Part shown: positions 47,056 through 57,295 of the stretch, one piece after another | Numbering within the stretch: position 1 is the first letter of the stretch | Layout of the letters: the number at the start of each line of letters is the position of its first letter | NCBI GenBank assembly: GCA_964540135.1 | Contig: CAZILK010000002.1 | Span: 33,074-97,073 of the forward strand | Length of the DNA stretch: 64,000 nucleotides | Source of the DNA: an uncultured Candidatus Saccharibacteria bacterium | GTDB lineage: Bacteria; Patescibacteriota; WWE3; UBA101185; UBA10185 | Direction of reading: 5' to 3' | Program-made: the position numbers and the translations under genes | Notes under the pieces: generated by a model | Databases searched by the model: none | What the model was told of the DNA's origin: nothing | Seen by the model: the letters and a program-made list of their open reading frames with translations, nothing else

Positions 47056-48459
47056 CTAAGATTTTGAGGCTAGTACTTTTTTGTACAAACTTTTGTACTC
47101 AGCAGCACTCTTGTCCCAACTAAAATCAGTCTTCAGAGCATTCTGCACCATCTTGTCATACTTTCGCTTATCGTTAAAGAGCAGTGCAGCTTTCTTTATG
47201 GTGTTTGTGAGTTCAGATGAAGAATAGGTCTTAAACTTAAAACCATTCACAGAATCTGTAACTGAATCCTTCAGCCCTCCGGTATCTCTGACAACAGGGA
47301 GGCAGCCGTAATACATAGCAAGCATCTGAGTTAAACCGCACGGTTCAAATCGTGAGGGTATTAGCAAGAAATCACTAGCTTGATATAGTTCTTCAGCTAG
47401 TGTTACATCAAAACTTATATTTACACTTACTCTCTTGCCATACAATCTATTAGATTGTTCGGAAAACTCAAGCAGTTTCTTCTCCCAATGAGGATCACCG
47501 GTACCAAGAAGTATGAAAGCACCAAACTTTGCCACAATATCATGCAAAGATTCATACAATATATCAATTCCCTTTTGATTTGGATCTAGTCTGGAAACAA
47601 ATGCAAACAATGGAAGTTTTGAATCAATTGCTAGTCCTAGTTTGTCGTACAATTTTGTCTTGGCGGCAGCCTTACCTTTTTTCCAATCAGCTAGTTCAAA
47701 GCCTCTTGTCAAAATCGAATAATCAATCCCATTGAGAATACCTGTTAATCGGCTACGTCTGTCATATAATATACTGCTTAAATCCCCACCAATATCTTTG
47801 TAGAGAATTTCACTTGCATAAGAAGGTGAAACAGTATTTATGTAATCTGCAGACATTAGAGCCTCTTGCATGAAGTTGAGAAAGCCGTCTTGAATATCAT
47901 AATAAACAGAAGGATGGTTAGAAACATTGATATCTATATCTTTTAAGATCGAGCTTGAAGTATTCCCTTGATATGAAATATTATGAATTGTGAATAAGAC
48001 TGGCGGTTTTGAAGTACTTAGATCGTCAGTCAGCATATGCGGAATCATCCCAGTGTGCCAATCATGACAATGCACAATGTCGTAGATATTAAAGCCGTGA
48101 TTGATAAAGTGCACAACAGCTTTACAAAAAAACGCGTAAGGAACAACTTCATCGACAATATAGCCGCGTCTGACATCAAATAGCTTGTCGTTTCTGACTA
48201 AGAAAACATCAACTGTTGATTGAGGTAATTTAGTTTTGTAGATTGAGGTCACAACAGTTTCACCGTTAAATGGCACCTCTAGATCACAGTGTTTATATAT
48301 CTTGTATTTTGAGACTTCAATCGCGCTATAAAATGGAACAATGACATCAACATCAAGTTTTAGTTTTGATAATGCTTTTGGAAGCGAACCGATAACATCT
48401 CCAAGTCCACCCATTTTTACAATGGGAGCAACTTCTGAGGCAGCAAATAAAACTTTCAT
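47056..48459 (-). CDS. glgA: Glycogen/starch synthase (GT5)
   Basis: 'MKVLFAASEVAPIVKMGGLGDVIGSLPKAL' is the canonical GlgA N-terminus (KxGGL motif). C-terminal GT-B nucleotide-binding domain. Confidence 0.85.
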   Translation of the reverse strand: MKVLFAASEVAPIVKMGGLGDVIGSLPKALSKLKLDVDVIVPFYSAIEVSKYKIYKHCDLEVPFNGETVVTSIYKTKLPQSTVDVFLVRNDKLFDVRRGYIVDEVVPYAFFCKAVVHFINHGFNIYDIVHCHDWHTGMIPHMLTDDLSTSKPPVLFTIHNISYQGNTSSSILKDIDINVSNHPSVYYDIQDGFLNFMQEALMSADYINTVSPSYASEILYKDIGGDLSSILYDRRSRLTGILNGIDYSILTRGFELADWKKGKAAAKTKLYDKLGLAIDSKLPLFAFVSRLDPNQKGIDILYESLHDIVAKFGAFILLGTGDPHWEKKLLEFSEQSNRLYGKRVSVNISFDVTLAEELYQASDFLLIPSRFEPCGLTQMLAMYYGCLPVVRDTGGLKDSVTDSVNGFKFKTYSSSELTNTIKKAALLFNDKRKYDKMVQNALKTDFSWDKSAAEYKSLYKKVLASKS

Positions 48460-48471
48460 GTTAAAAGTATA

Positions 48472-50013
48472 TCAAGACTTAGACTTTTGCCAATTTTCAA
48501 AATCTTCCTGAGATGCAACATCTAAGAAATGTGCTTTAGCAAAATCTGAAAACTCAACCCATGAATGCGCAAGAAATGGTTTTACCTGAGGCTGCGCCCA
48601 AGGCACATTCCGCCCAAGCCAGAGCTCATCAACCACATGTAAAATATCGTGTTTATCTGTTCCAAGACTTATTTTTATAACAGCGTCACGCCATTTTATA
48701 GCTCGTTCAAAATCTTGCCTGAGTACTGCATCATTCATCTCTTTTTCAAACTCAAGCACAAGTTGATTAAACCATTCGGCTGATGTCCTGTCCTTTAAAG
48801 GAGGCAGTCTGTGGGTTGTTGATTCCTCACTGTGTCTTTTTCTAATATAGCCGCTTCTTTGCCATTCAAATGCAATTGTTAAGATCTCGTTATACAAAGT
48901 CTCTGCTAAGACAGTCTTGCTCTTATCCTCGCTGGACTTAAACAAAGTCAAGATAACCTGCTTCAAATCAAAAGCACCTGATTCGATCATCTCAAGACTC
49001 CACCAAGGTTTTGCACTCGCCCACCAAAATTGATCCGATGCAAGCGCTACATCAGCTTGCGTTCGAGCTAGGTACCAACTTGGCGATTCTTTATCACTAA
49101 AGCTTGCAAGCTCCTTAACTACAAAGTTTGCAAGCTCCCATTGTTTCTTATGAATTGGGTTTGCTTTATCATCCCACAAAGTGAAAGGAGACTCCCCTTT
49201 TTGCAAAAAAGTATCTTGTTCGTCATTTGTCCAAGTACCTTCGATAGGACTAACAGGAATACTTGGCAGGGCTGTATCACAAACTGCGTCAGATCCAAGT
49301 CTATTGTCAAAAAACGGAGAATCTAGAAGCTCAAAAAGCAGCTTTTCATGGCCAACTCGGTGGTGTCCAAAAGTTTCAGCGTCCATAACGGTAAACCAAA
49401 GTTTATCAGCTAAAGCAAAATCTTTTGTTTCTTTAATCAAGTCTTCTGCGGTTCGAACTTGAGCTGATAAAATAAGCGAACTAACAGGCTTGTTTCTAAA
49501 AAGGATCGAAAGCTCAGAGTTTTTATATGTAAATCTACTACTTGCCATAGAATATTCTTTTGGACAACCGACAGTTGGAGCTGCAACCCAAGAATACCCA
49601 AGCTCAACGCATAACTCATAAACCATGTCATTCATCGCCATTTCTGGCGGGAAAAAACCTTTAGGATTATACAGGTCGCCAAATGCTTTCTTCCCCTCTG
49701 CATTGTTTAATTCAATCTGTCTTAGACATTCATGTTTTGGAAGTAAAGGTAAGATTGGATGGTACATCGCACTTGCTGTTAGTTCAATTTGTCCTCTTGC
49801 AAGCAAAAGCGTAATGCCTTCTATGACATCTGTGTATCCTTTTTGAACTAGCAGCTTAAGTAGAGAGCCTGCAAAATTTATGTTAATTCTGGAGTTAGGC
49901 CTTGCTAAAAGACCTGAGACAATAGGTCTATATGACTCATTAACAATTCGGTCCAGAATGTCATCTTGCTGGTTTATAGGTTGATAAAAATGAAGTAAAT
50001 TAACAAGTATCAT
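48472..50013 (-). CDS. Glycoside hydrolase family 57 protein (alpha-amylase / branching enzyme type)
   Basis: N-terminal 'NLLHFYQP' (H-x-H/Y-QP GH57 motif) and catalytic region 'MDAETFGHH'. Confidence 0.75.
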   Translation of the reverse strand: MILVNLLHFYQPINQQDDILDRIVNESYRPIVSGLLARPNSRININFAGSLLKLLVQKGYTDVIEGITLLLARGQIELTASAMYHPILPLLPKHECLRQIELNNAEGKKAFGDLYNPKGFFPPEMAMNDMVYELCVELGYSWVAAPTVGCPKEYSMASSRFTYKNSELSILFRNKPVSSLILSAQVRTAEDLIKETKDFALADKLWFTVMDAETFGHHRVGHEKLLFELLDSPFFDNRLGSDAVCDTALPSIPVSPIEGTWTNDEQDTFLQKGESPFTLWDDKANPIHKKQWELANFVVKELASFSDKESPSWYLARTQADVALASDQFWWASAKPWWSLEMIESGAFDLKQVILTLFKSSEDKSKTVLAETLYNEILTIAFEWQRSGYIRKRHSEESTTHRLPPLKDRTSAEWFNQLVLEFEKEMNDAVLRQDFERAIKWRDAVIKISLGTDKHDILHVVDELWLGRNVPWAQPQVKPFLAHSWVEFSDFAKAHFLDVASQEDFENWQKSKS

Positions 50014-51272
50014 AGATTGGCTAATATCTTCTCACAAAGTTCTTTAATTGAGTCATCTTCAGTGTACTCCCCAAAAGCAAGAGCAAGGGCTATAAACTTA
50101 TGAAGAATAGGCGCATCGTATACAACAGCACCACTGTAAAGTTTTTTTCTTGACGCCCACCATAAGAAATCACTGGCAACAAGTTTCATAAGGCTGAGTT
50201 GTTTAAACAAGAACTGGCGTAACTCATCGTCTTTAATTTTTGCGAGTAACTCCTCTTTCCAAAACGGCATATTGGCAAACTCGCTATTTTCATAAGTAAG
50301 TGATGGTAGATCTACATAAAGACCATGAAGATACTGAAGTAACTTATTTATGTGTGACTGGAGTTCATTGGCTTCGTTTTTCCAAAAAGGTAATGTATCA
50401 CCTGCCTGAACATCAGTTTTTGATGCTCCCCAGCTTGCAGATACAATATCATATGATTTACCAGTTACATCACGGTCAATCTTTGACCCTAAATACAAGA
50501 CGGCATCTGTTGCTTTAGCGACTTTAAACTCCCCAGATCCTGCAAGCTTATCAAGCAGACTGTCTAAAAATAAAATGCCATCTTTATTGTGATGCCCAAA
50601 AGTTTCAGCATCAAATGCAAGTGTTATCTCTTTTCGTGTACTTTGTTCGAAAAGATTAAATACTTCATCTACTTTATACCCGCGGTAAAAAGCGATCTTG
50701 TTACTAATTTCAGTATCGCGGACTAAAATCTTAATCCCGGAGCTATGTAAAAATGTGTCTTTATCTTTCACTTCGTTTGGTGCTGCGCACGAATCAATTA
50801 GAAGCCACTTATACCCAAGACCCTCAAGCATATAACACAGCTCATTATTACAAGCAAGTTCTGGTGCAAAAAAACCATTTAAGTTTTTAAGAACAACAGC
50901 TTTCTCCCCTTCAAAACCTGTTGTCTTGCCGAGATAGTACCCAAGGCCATATTCATTAAGAATTATTTCTTCAAGAGCCAGTCTTTCTGGTACTGTTGTT
51001 AAAAGACAATGGTAGGAGGCGCTCCCTACAAATTCAATAATACCTGCGTCATGGAGTTTACGAACATCTGTTAGCCAATCGGTATAGCCGTATTTATCTA
51101 CAAGTTCAAGAAAGCTTAAAGGCATATTGAAAGTAAATGACAGATCTTTTTTGAGTTTAATGAGTTTAATCAAAGGGTTGTAGCATGTATCAAATACTTG
51201 TTTAAAAACGGTTTTAGTCTGGATACTTGGTTGGTAGAAGTGGAAAATGAAGCTTACCTGTTTTGTACTCAT
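50010..51272 (-). CDS. Glycoside hydrolase family 57 protein (second tandem paralogue)
   Basis: 'FIFHFYQP' and 'FDAETFGHH' GH57 motifs. Overlaps the downstream paralogue by 4 nt. Confidence 0.75.
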   Translation of the reverse strand: MSTKQVSFIFHFYQPSIQTKTVFKQVFDTCYNPLIKLIKLKKDLSFTFNMPLSFLELVDKYGYTDWLTDVRKLHDAGIIEFVGSASYHCLLTTVPERLALEEIILNEYGLGYYLGKTTGFEGEKAVVLKNLNGFFAPELACNNELCYMLEGLGYKWLLIDSCAAPNEVKDKDTFLHSSGIKILVRDTEISNKIAFYRGYKVDEVFNLFEQSTRKEITLAFDAETFGHHNKDGILFLDSLLDKLAGSGEFKVAKATDAVLYLGSKIDRDVTGKSYDIVSASWGASKTDVQAGDTLPFWKNEANELQSHINKLLQYLHGLYVDLPSLTYENSEFANMPFWKEELLAKIKDDELRQFLFKQLSLMKLVASDFLWWASRKKLYSGAVVYDAPILHKFIALALAFGEYTEDDSIKELCEKILANL

Positions 51273-51481
51273 AACTTGGGTATTATAAATTTAATCCGGG
51301 ATAAAGGCAAAGTTTTGCTAAACCAATAAAAAAATGCGCTCTACCCCAGTTGGGTTTAGCATTTCTTATTCTCCTGCCCACAGAATAAGAAAGTGATCGA
51401 ATAAGAATCCAATCAAAAACCCTACTGGGATACAACGCACTTTACTTAACTTTTTGCATTATATAATATGAGTATTTAATG

Positions 51482-53056
51482 TCAAGATTCTTCTAAATCC
51501 TGACCTTTGGGGTACGGCTTTTTCTTTAAAACCATTGTCTTTTCATACAATTTCACGTATTCGGAAGCACTGTAATCCCAGCTAAAATCTTTAGACATAG
51601 CGTTAACTTGCAGTTTTCTCCACACTTTTTTGCTTTTATAAAGCTCAAGAACTCTAGCAATCTGACCATATAAAGACATCTCGTTAAACTCTTTTAGCAT
51701 AAATCCGGTTCCCTCCCCCGTATTTGTATCAAAATCAGTAACTGTATCAACAAGACCCCCAACTTTTCTAACCATCGGGATACTTCCATATCTCATTGCC
51801 TCGAGCTGAACAATACCACAAGGTTCAAATCTTGAAGGATACATGATGACATCTGTTCCCGCGAAAAATAATCTTGGTAATACAAAGTTTGGATAAGTGT
51901 GAATACCAACTTTTTGTGGATACCTCTCTTTAAGCTCCTTAAGCATGTTAACGATATTTTCATCGCCTCCGCCAACTTGTACAAACTGAATATTATATTC
52001 CTTTAATGCTTGATGAAGAGTATTAACAATAAGATCAATACCCTTTTGATAATCAAGTCTCCCAACAAATCCAAATAGCGGTATGTCCTCATCAACTGGC
52101 AGATCCATCTCATCTTGAAGTGCTAGCTTGTTCTTAATTCTTCTATCAAGAGCTTTTATATCGTAATTTGTATGTATATACTTGTCTGTTGCGGGATCGA
52201 ATTCTTCAAAATCCATCCCATTAACAATTCCAAATAGTTTGCTTCGGACCTCAAGTAAAAGGTTGTTTAGACCGCAACCATACTCTGGCGTCAATATTTC
52301 TTTGGCATAGGTTTTTGAAACAGTATTTACTGCGTCAGAATATATGATTCCTCTTCGCATAAAATTTAGTTTTAAGTATTTAGAATCGAGTATCGGCGGA
52401 ATACCTGTTTGTCCATCATCATAATCAAGCTCAGACACATTTTGAGGAACTGTAAAGCCTTGATGAGCAATGCTGTGAATTGTATGAAGTGTAGCTATTT
52501 TAGAAATTACAGGGTGTTGTTTATAGACTGTTTTTACATAGTTTGCAACAAGACCGGTATGCCAATCATTGGTATGAATTACATCTGGAATAAACTCTTC
52601 TTTAGCTATGAATTCAAGAGCTCCCCTGCACAAAAGTCCCCATCTCACCGGATCATCGCTATAACCATAAACATTGGCACGTTTTTCATAGTACTCCATG
52701 TTTTCAAGAAAATATGTGGTAATACCATATTGATTTACATGTGATTTGACATTACAAATGAGATGTTCCTCAACAGCGGAATCAGTTGGTACTTTTAGCC
52801 CTTCAACAACCATCTCAAGCTCATACATTTCGGTTTGATCTATAAATCCAAATTTAGGCATGAATATGCGGACGTCATGTCCAAGATTATTCAAAGCCCT
52901 AGCCAAATACAAAAGTACACTGGAATAACCGCCTACTTTTGCATAAGGCATTGCCTCAGCCCCTACTAGAAGTATTTTAAGTTTTTTTTCTGGTGAAGTA
53001 TCAGAAGTCTCACTAATGATATTTTCCAAAGCTGTTACAAGCCTATTAGGAGTCAT
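51482..53056 (-). CDS. Glycogen-synthase-like alpha-glucan glycosyltransferase (GT-B, GlgA-related)
   Basis: 'KILLVGAEAMPYAKVGGYSSVLLYLARAL' (KxGG motif) and a C-terminal GT-B domain with an E-x7-E-like region. 524 aa. Confidence 0.65.
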   Translation of the reverse strand: MTPNRLVTALENIISETSDTSPEKKLKILLVGAEAMPYAKVGGYSSVLLYLARALNNLGHDVRIFMPKFGFIDQTEMYELEMVVEGLKVPTDSAVEEHLICNVKSHVNQYGITTYFLENMEYYEKRANVYGYSDDPVRWGLLCRGALEFIAKEEFIPDVIHTNDWHTGLVANYVKTVYKQHPVISKIATLHTIHSIAHQGFTVPQNVSELDYDDGQTGIPPILDSKYLKLNFMRRGIIYSDAVNTVSKTYAKEILTPEYGCGLNNLLLEVRSKLFGIVNGMDFEEFDPATDKYIHTNYDIKALDRRIKNKLALQDEMDLPVDEDIPLFGFVGRLDYQKGIDLIVNTLHQALKEYNIQFVQVGGGDENIVNMLKELKERYPQKVGIHTYPNFVLPRLFFAGTDVIMYPSRFEPCGIVQLEAMRYGSIPMVRKVGGLVDTVTDFDTNTGEGTGFMLKEFNEMSLYGQIARVLELYKSKKVWRKLQVNAMSKDFSWDYSASEYVKLYEKTMVLKKKPYPKGQDLEES

Positions 53057-53119
53057 ACTGAGATTCTAGCACAGTTAGATCACTTAGCGTTAGTAACAGC
53101 CTAGAAATGCCCTCTAATC

Positions 53120-54127
53120 TTATGCAATGTTCTCAAGCTCGTCTACGAGCTCTTTTTCGCCTGCATTGATTAAATCTGTCTTAAGCTTCTCTTTTGACAC
53201 AACATTTAATCCATACATCTCTTTCTTGCTCTCATATACCTCGCGATCATCAGACATTATAAGACAAAGCTGGGCTGAGTTCTTAGAGACCTCAGTTAAT
53301 TTTAGAGCTTTCTCAAAGTACTCTCTATCAGCAGGTCTTATGTAAGAGTGAATTAAAGAGAATGGGCGTATTGGTTTAAAGAGTGACAAACCAGCGTCCA
53401 TTGTAAAAGCATAATCTAGTGAAGCTTTTTTAGCTGCTTTATCAAGTCCTTGTGCTATGTCTTTAAGACTTCCAACACCGCTTAAGTAATAGTATTCACC
53501 CTTCTCGTCAATAACTACTTCCTCATACTTTGGTATGAAGCTATCAACGGACTCGGTGTCTACCTTTGCAGATTCTACCGGTCTATCATGTAAAGGTGCT
53601 CTTACAGGTGCGGTAACATCTTCTTTCACAGCAACTTGTTCTGTCTTATATTTCTCAGCAGCAGCTCTAAATCGAGCAAGCCAGTCAACAGGTTCTTCTT
53701 CAGGTTCTTTAGTATCAGGCATGTCATTTGACCCTAATTCTGTATCATCCTCCCCCTTAGCTTGTTCTACTGAGTCTCGCTCTTCGTCTAAAAGATTAAC
53801 ACCACTTGGTGCTGCTTGACCTACTCTTGTATCCATAACAACATCATCACTTTCTACAGCATCACTTGTTGCAAGCTTTCTAGCAACAATAGGTTTTCTT
53901 ACAGATTCAGATGCAGATGCCTCTTTTTGAGCTTCTTGAGATCTATCAGGGTAAAGAAAATCTAATATATTTTGTCTTGAGAATCTATGTCTGCCTGTTG
54001 CAGTTTTAACGTCTGCGTTTAGTTTATTTTCATCTAAGTATCTGTAAACAGATCTTAAACTAACGCCTAAAATGTTTGCTACTTCTGTGGATGTATAAAG
54101 TTTATCTTTTAAATCTAGTATTGTCAT
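53120..54127 (-). CDS. Excisionase/MerR-type HTH protein with a long acidic linker and an uncharacterised C-terminal domain
   Basis: N-terminal 'LYTSTEVANILGVSLRSVYRYLDENKL' HTH. An Asp/Glu-rich region of about 120 aa. The C-terminal ~130 aa has no recognised motif. Confidence 0.5.
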   Translation of the reverse strand: MTILDLKDKLYTSTEVANILGVSLRSVYRYLDENKLNADVKTATGRHRFSRQNILDFLYPDRSQEAQKEASASESVRKPIVARKLATSDAVESDDVVMDTRVGQAAPSGVNLLDEERDSVEQAKGEDDTELGSNDMPDTKEPEEEPVDWLARFRAAAEKYKTEQVAVKEDVTAPVRAPLHDRPVESAKVDTESVDSFIPKYEEVVIDEKGEYYYLSGVGSLKDIAQGLDKAAKKASLDYAFTMDAGLSLFKPIRPFSLIHSYIRPADREYFEKALKLTEVSKNSAQLCLIMSDDREVYESKKEMYGLNVVSKEKLKTDLINAGEKELVDELENIA

Positions 54128-54178
54128 GCCATAACTATCACAGAGTAAAAAAATAATGTCAATAACTTTCTTACGAAT

Positions 54179-55057
54179 TTACGACGTGTATCTTGAAAGC
54201 GTTGAGGAGAAAACTAAAAGAGGAAAAACAATGAGTGCTTTTAACATTCTTTTGTAACGCCATGGCTGCTTAATTAGTCTATACAACCACTCTACATTAT
54301 GTTTAGAGTATCTCGTCGCATTTTCAAAATCGCCATTGCAGATAGAATCAAACGACCCGCCAACACCGATGCTAAGTTTAGCTTTAAGTAGACTGCTATT
54401 TCTTACAATCCATTTCTCTTGCTTAGGATGACCAAAAGCAACAAATAATAAATCTATCTCTTTGTCATAAAGTGAGAGCAGTTTTGCACGAGATTCTGTG
54501 TCAAAGCTCTCCGCATGCCGTATATTAGACTCTGCAAGAACTATGTTAAGGCCTGGGTATCTTTTTTTAAGAATCTCAGATGTTTGAAATGCCATATTAA
54601 ATGTTGCGCTTTTCACAGGCCTTCCTAACTTGTCTTTGGGCCACCCGCCAATAAGCCCAACAGTAAGTCGGTTCTTTGACGCATATTCACATAAATGCAA
54701 CATTAAACTTACACCTTGTGTAACTGGGGGTTTCTCTTTGGCAAGTATTGGAATAGAAATACCAATTAAGAATGACTTTAATGGGTATAACAATCCTGGT
54801 GTCAGCAACGCTACTCTAGTTAAATACTCGTATGCAAAGACAACTCCAGAGCCGTCAGGTACAGACAATGTTGAATTATTTATAATTTGCTTAAACTCAA
54901 TGTCTTTTTGAGCATCAACAATAAATTCAGGATTTGTTGTACAAATATAGTGAGTTCCCTTCTTGGCAAGTAAGTCAACAGTTCTTTTGACCACATCTTC
55001 CATAGATAGTCCAAAGTTTACTTTCACGCCTAGTATGTATTTTTCTACTTCTGTCAT
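54179..55057 (-). CDS. WecB/TagA/CpsF-family glycosyltransferase (GT26)
   Basis: 'ICTTNPEFIVDAQKD' and 'FGHPKQEKWI' (GxPKQExW-type) GT26 motifs. Confidence 0.75.
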   Translation of the reverse strand: MTEVEKYILGVKVNFGLSMEDVVKRTVDLLAKKGTHYICTTNPEFIVDAQKDIEFKQIINNSTLSVPDGSGVVFAYEYLTRVALLTPGLLYPLKSFLIGISIPILAKEKPPVTQGVSLMLHLCEYASKNRLTVGLIGGWPKDKLGRPVKSATFNMAFQTSEILKKRYPGLNIVLAESNIRHAESFDTESRAKLLSLYDKEIDLLFVAFGHPKQEKWIVRNSSLLKAKLSIGVGGSFDSICNGDFENATRYSKHNVEWLYRLIKQPWRYKRMLKALIVFPLLVFSSTLSRYTS

Positions 55058-56058
55058 TTGCGCATAATACTTTTTTCAAAATAATCCATATTATCAAGGA
55101 CTTTAGCAATACCACTGATCACTGCTTGAAGCGGATCATCAGCCAAATGTACAGGAACACCCGTAAAATTGGTCAGATACTTATCTAGATTTCTCAAAAG
55201 CCCTGTTCCTCCACTTAGCACTATACCTTTATCAATAACATCAGAAGAAAGCTCTGGGGGAGTTTTTTCCAAAACATTTTTGATGGCAAGGGCTATTTGT
55301 TGAAGTGGAAATGAGATACATTCAGAAATTTCATTTGATCCTATTGTAACTGTTTTTGGAAAACCAGATACAGAATCTCTGCCTTTTACTTCATAAAATT
55401 CTTCTTTATTTAAAGGGTGTGCAGAACCAATTTCTTTTTTTAATTTTTCAGCTGTATTTTCCCCAACAATAAGGTTGTACTTCCTCCTAAGGTTTTGGGC
55501 AATATATTCATCAAGTGCATTACCGCCAACTCTTACGCTACCATGGACCACCATACCGTACATTGAAACTATGGCAATCTCTGTTGTACCGCCCCCTATA
55601 TTAACAATCATATTTCCAGTAGGCTCAGCGATTGGAAGTCCAACACCGATTGCAGCTGCTAAGGGCTCTGGTATCAGATAAGCATTTTTAGCTCCTGCCG
55701 AATAAGCAGCGTCAAGAACTGCTCGAGCTTCAACAGAAGTAGCGCCTGCTGGAATTGAAATTAGAACGTCTGGCCTAAAGATTCTTAAATTACCAACTGC
55801 TTTTGTTATGAAATATCTAAGCAAAGCCTCAGTAACTATATAGTCTGCAATGACACCGTTTTTAAGAGGTTTAAGCGCTGTAATAGATTCAGGAGTTTTG
55901 CCAAGCATACTTCTTGCCTCTTCCCCAACTGCAACCACTTGTTCGTCTTCAATAGTCACTGCAACTACAGTAGGCTCACGTAAAATTACCCCCTTACCTT
56001 GCAGGTAAACAAGCGAGTTTGCGGTCCCTAAATCAATCCCGATCTTTTTAAATAACAT
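55054..56058 (-). CDS. Second MreB/Mbl-like actin homologue
   Basis: 'GIDLGTANSLVYLQG', 'IVNIGGGTTEIAI', 'VLSGGTGLLRNL' motifs. A distinct paralogue of the mreB at 14259-15302. Confidence 0.85.
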   Translation of the reverse strand: MLFKKIGIDLGTANSLVYLQGKGVILREPTVVAVTIEDEQVVAVGEEARSMLGKTPESITALKPLKNGVIADYIVTEALLRYFITKAVGNLRIFRPDVLISIPAGATSVEARAVLDAAYSAGAKNAYLIPEPLAAAIGVGLPIAEPTGNMIVNIGGGTTEIAIVSMYGMVVHGSVRVGGNALDEYIAQNLRRKYNLIVGENTAEKLKKEIGSAHPLNKEEFYEVKGRDSVSGFPKTVTIGSNEISECISFPLQQIALAIKNVLEKTPPELSSDVIDKGIVLSGGTGLLRNLDKYLTNFTGVPVHLADDPLQAVISGIAKVLDNMDYFEKSIMRK

Positions 56059-56093
56059 ATTCGAAATATAGTTCCAAATTTAGTATACTATCT

Positions 56094-57293
56094 ATGCTAG
56101 GTTTAGATTCTATGAATAAAAAACACATAATTCAATCATTACTCACGGGACTCTTGTTGCTATCTGTAACAACTGCATTGTTTTTATACACTTCAGGTTA
56201 TAGAGTATCAAAACCTGGAAAAGATGACAAAAACCAGAATCAGATTCAAGTTAAACAAACAGGTATGATTGGTGCAAAATCAATCCCAGAAGGAGCTAAC
56301 GTTTATCTAAACGGTAACCTTGTTACAGCAACAAACGATACCATTTCAAACTTAAAACCAGGTGAAAAATATGAACTTACTATTAAAAAGAGCGGATTCG
56401 TTATTTGGAAGAAAAAAGTAGATATCTATCCTGAGCTTGTAACTGACATTACGGCGGTTCTCATCTCAATGACCCCACGACTTGAGCCTCTAACAAATAC
56501 CGGTGCAAAATTACCAGTCATGGCACCAAGCCTTTCAAAGATTGCGTTTTTTTCAAGAGATCCAGAAGCTCCGGGAATTTGGGTCATCCCACTGATTGGT
56601 GGCGGACTTGATCTGTTTAAATCAAATGCAAATAGTGTTCTTGAAGACACTCTATATAATGAATTTTCTAAAGGAACTGAAATAAAATGGTCACCGGATG
56701 AAAAGCAACTTCTTATTACAGTACCTGAGAATGAATCAGACTCCTATTATATAGTGGATATTCAAAACAAAACAGCTGAATCAACAGAATCACCAGAACT
56801 ATTAAAAGCAACATGGCTTGATAAAGAAATCAAGCTTAAAAGCGAAATTATTAAAGCTATTGATCTTGAACCAAATATCAAACAAATTGCGTTAAGAGAA
56901 GACTCTATGTGGTCTCCTGATAACAAAAAGTTCCTTTATAAAGTAAGAAAAGACGGGAAAATGGAATACAGAGTTTACAATATGGAAAAGCCAATTCCAG
57001 TTGGTGAAAAAGCTCAGACACTTGTATTTGTCACAAGTATCACCGATCCCCAACCAAAGATCAGCTGGTATGCTGATAGCTTCCACTTGATCTTAACTGA
57101 AGGCGATGTTGAAGAAACAAAACGAGGCAAAATAAGCCTTATTCGCATTGATGGGACAAATAAGACAGAAATATACAACAACTCACTTCACACAGACAGA
57201 GTATTCAGCTCTCCTGGTGGCGATAAGCTAATAATTAGCACCTCTTTTACATCAGAAGACCAGACAAACCTTTATACTCTCGGTATCAGATAG
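56094..57293 (+). CDS. Membrane-anchored PEGA-domain protein with a TolB-like beta-propeller region
   Basis: N-terminal TM. PEGA module 'IPEGANVYLNGNLVTATNDTISNLKPGEKYELTIKKSGF'. Downstream repeated 'WSPD' propeller-like blades. Confidence 0.55.
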   Translation: MLGLDSMNKKHIIQSLLTGLLLLSVTTALFLYTSGYRVSKPGKDDKNQNQIQVKQTGMIGAKSIPEGANVYLNGNLVTATNDTISNLKPGEKYELTIKKSGFVIWKKKVDIYPELVTDITAVLISMTPRLEPLTNTGAKLPVMAPSLSKIAFFSRDPEAPGIWVIPLIGGGLDLFKSNANSVLEDTLYNEFSKGTEIKWSPDEKQLLITVPENESDSYYIVDIQNKTAESTESPELLKATWLDKEIKLKSEIIKAIDLEPNIKQIALREDSMWSPDNKKFLYKVRKDGKMEYRVYNMEKPIPVGEKAQTLVFVTSITDPQPKISWYADSFHLILTEGDVEETKRGKISLIRIDGTNKTEIYNNSLHTDRVFSSPGGDKLIISTSFTSEDQTNLYTLGIR

Positions 57294-57295
57294 TC

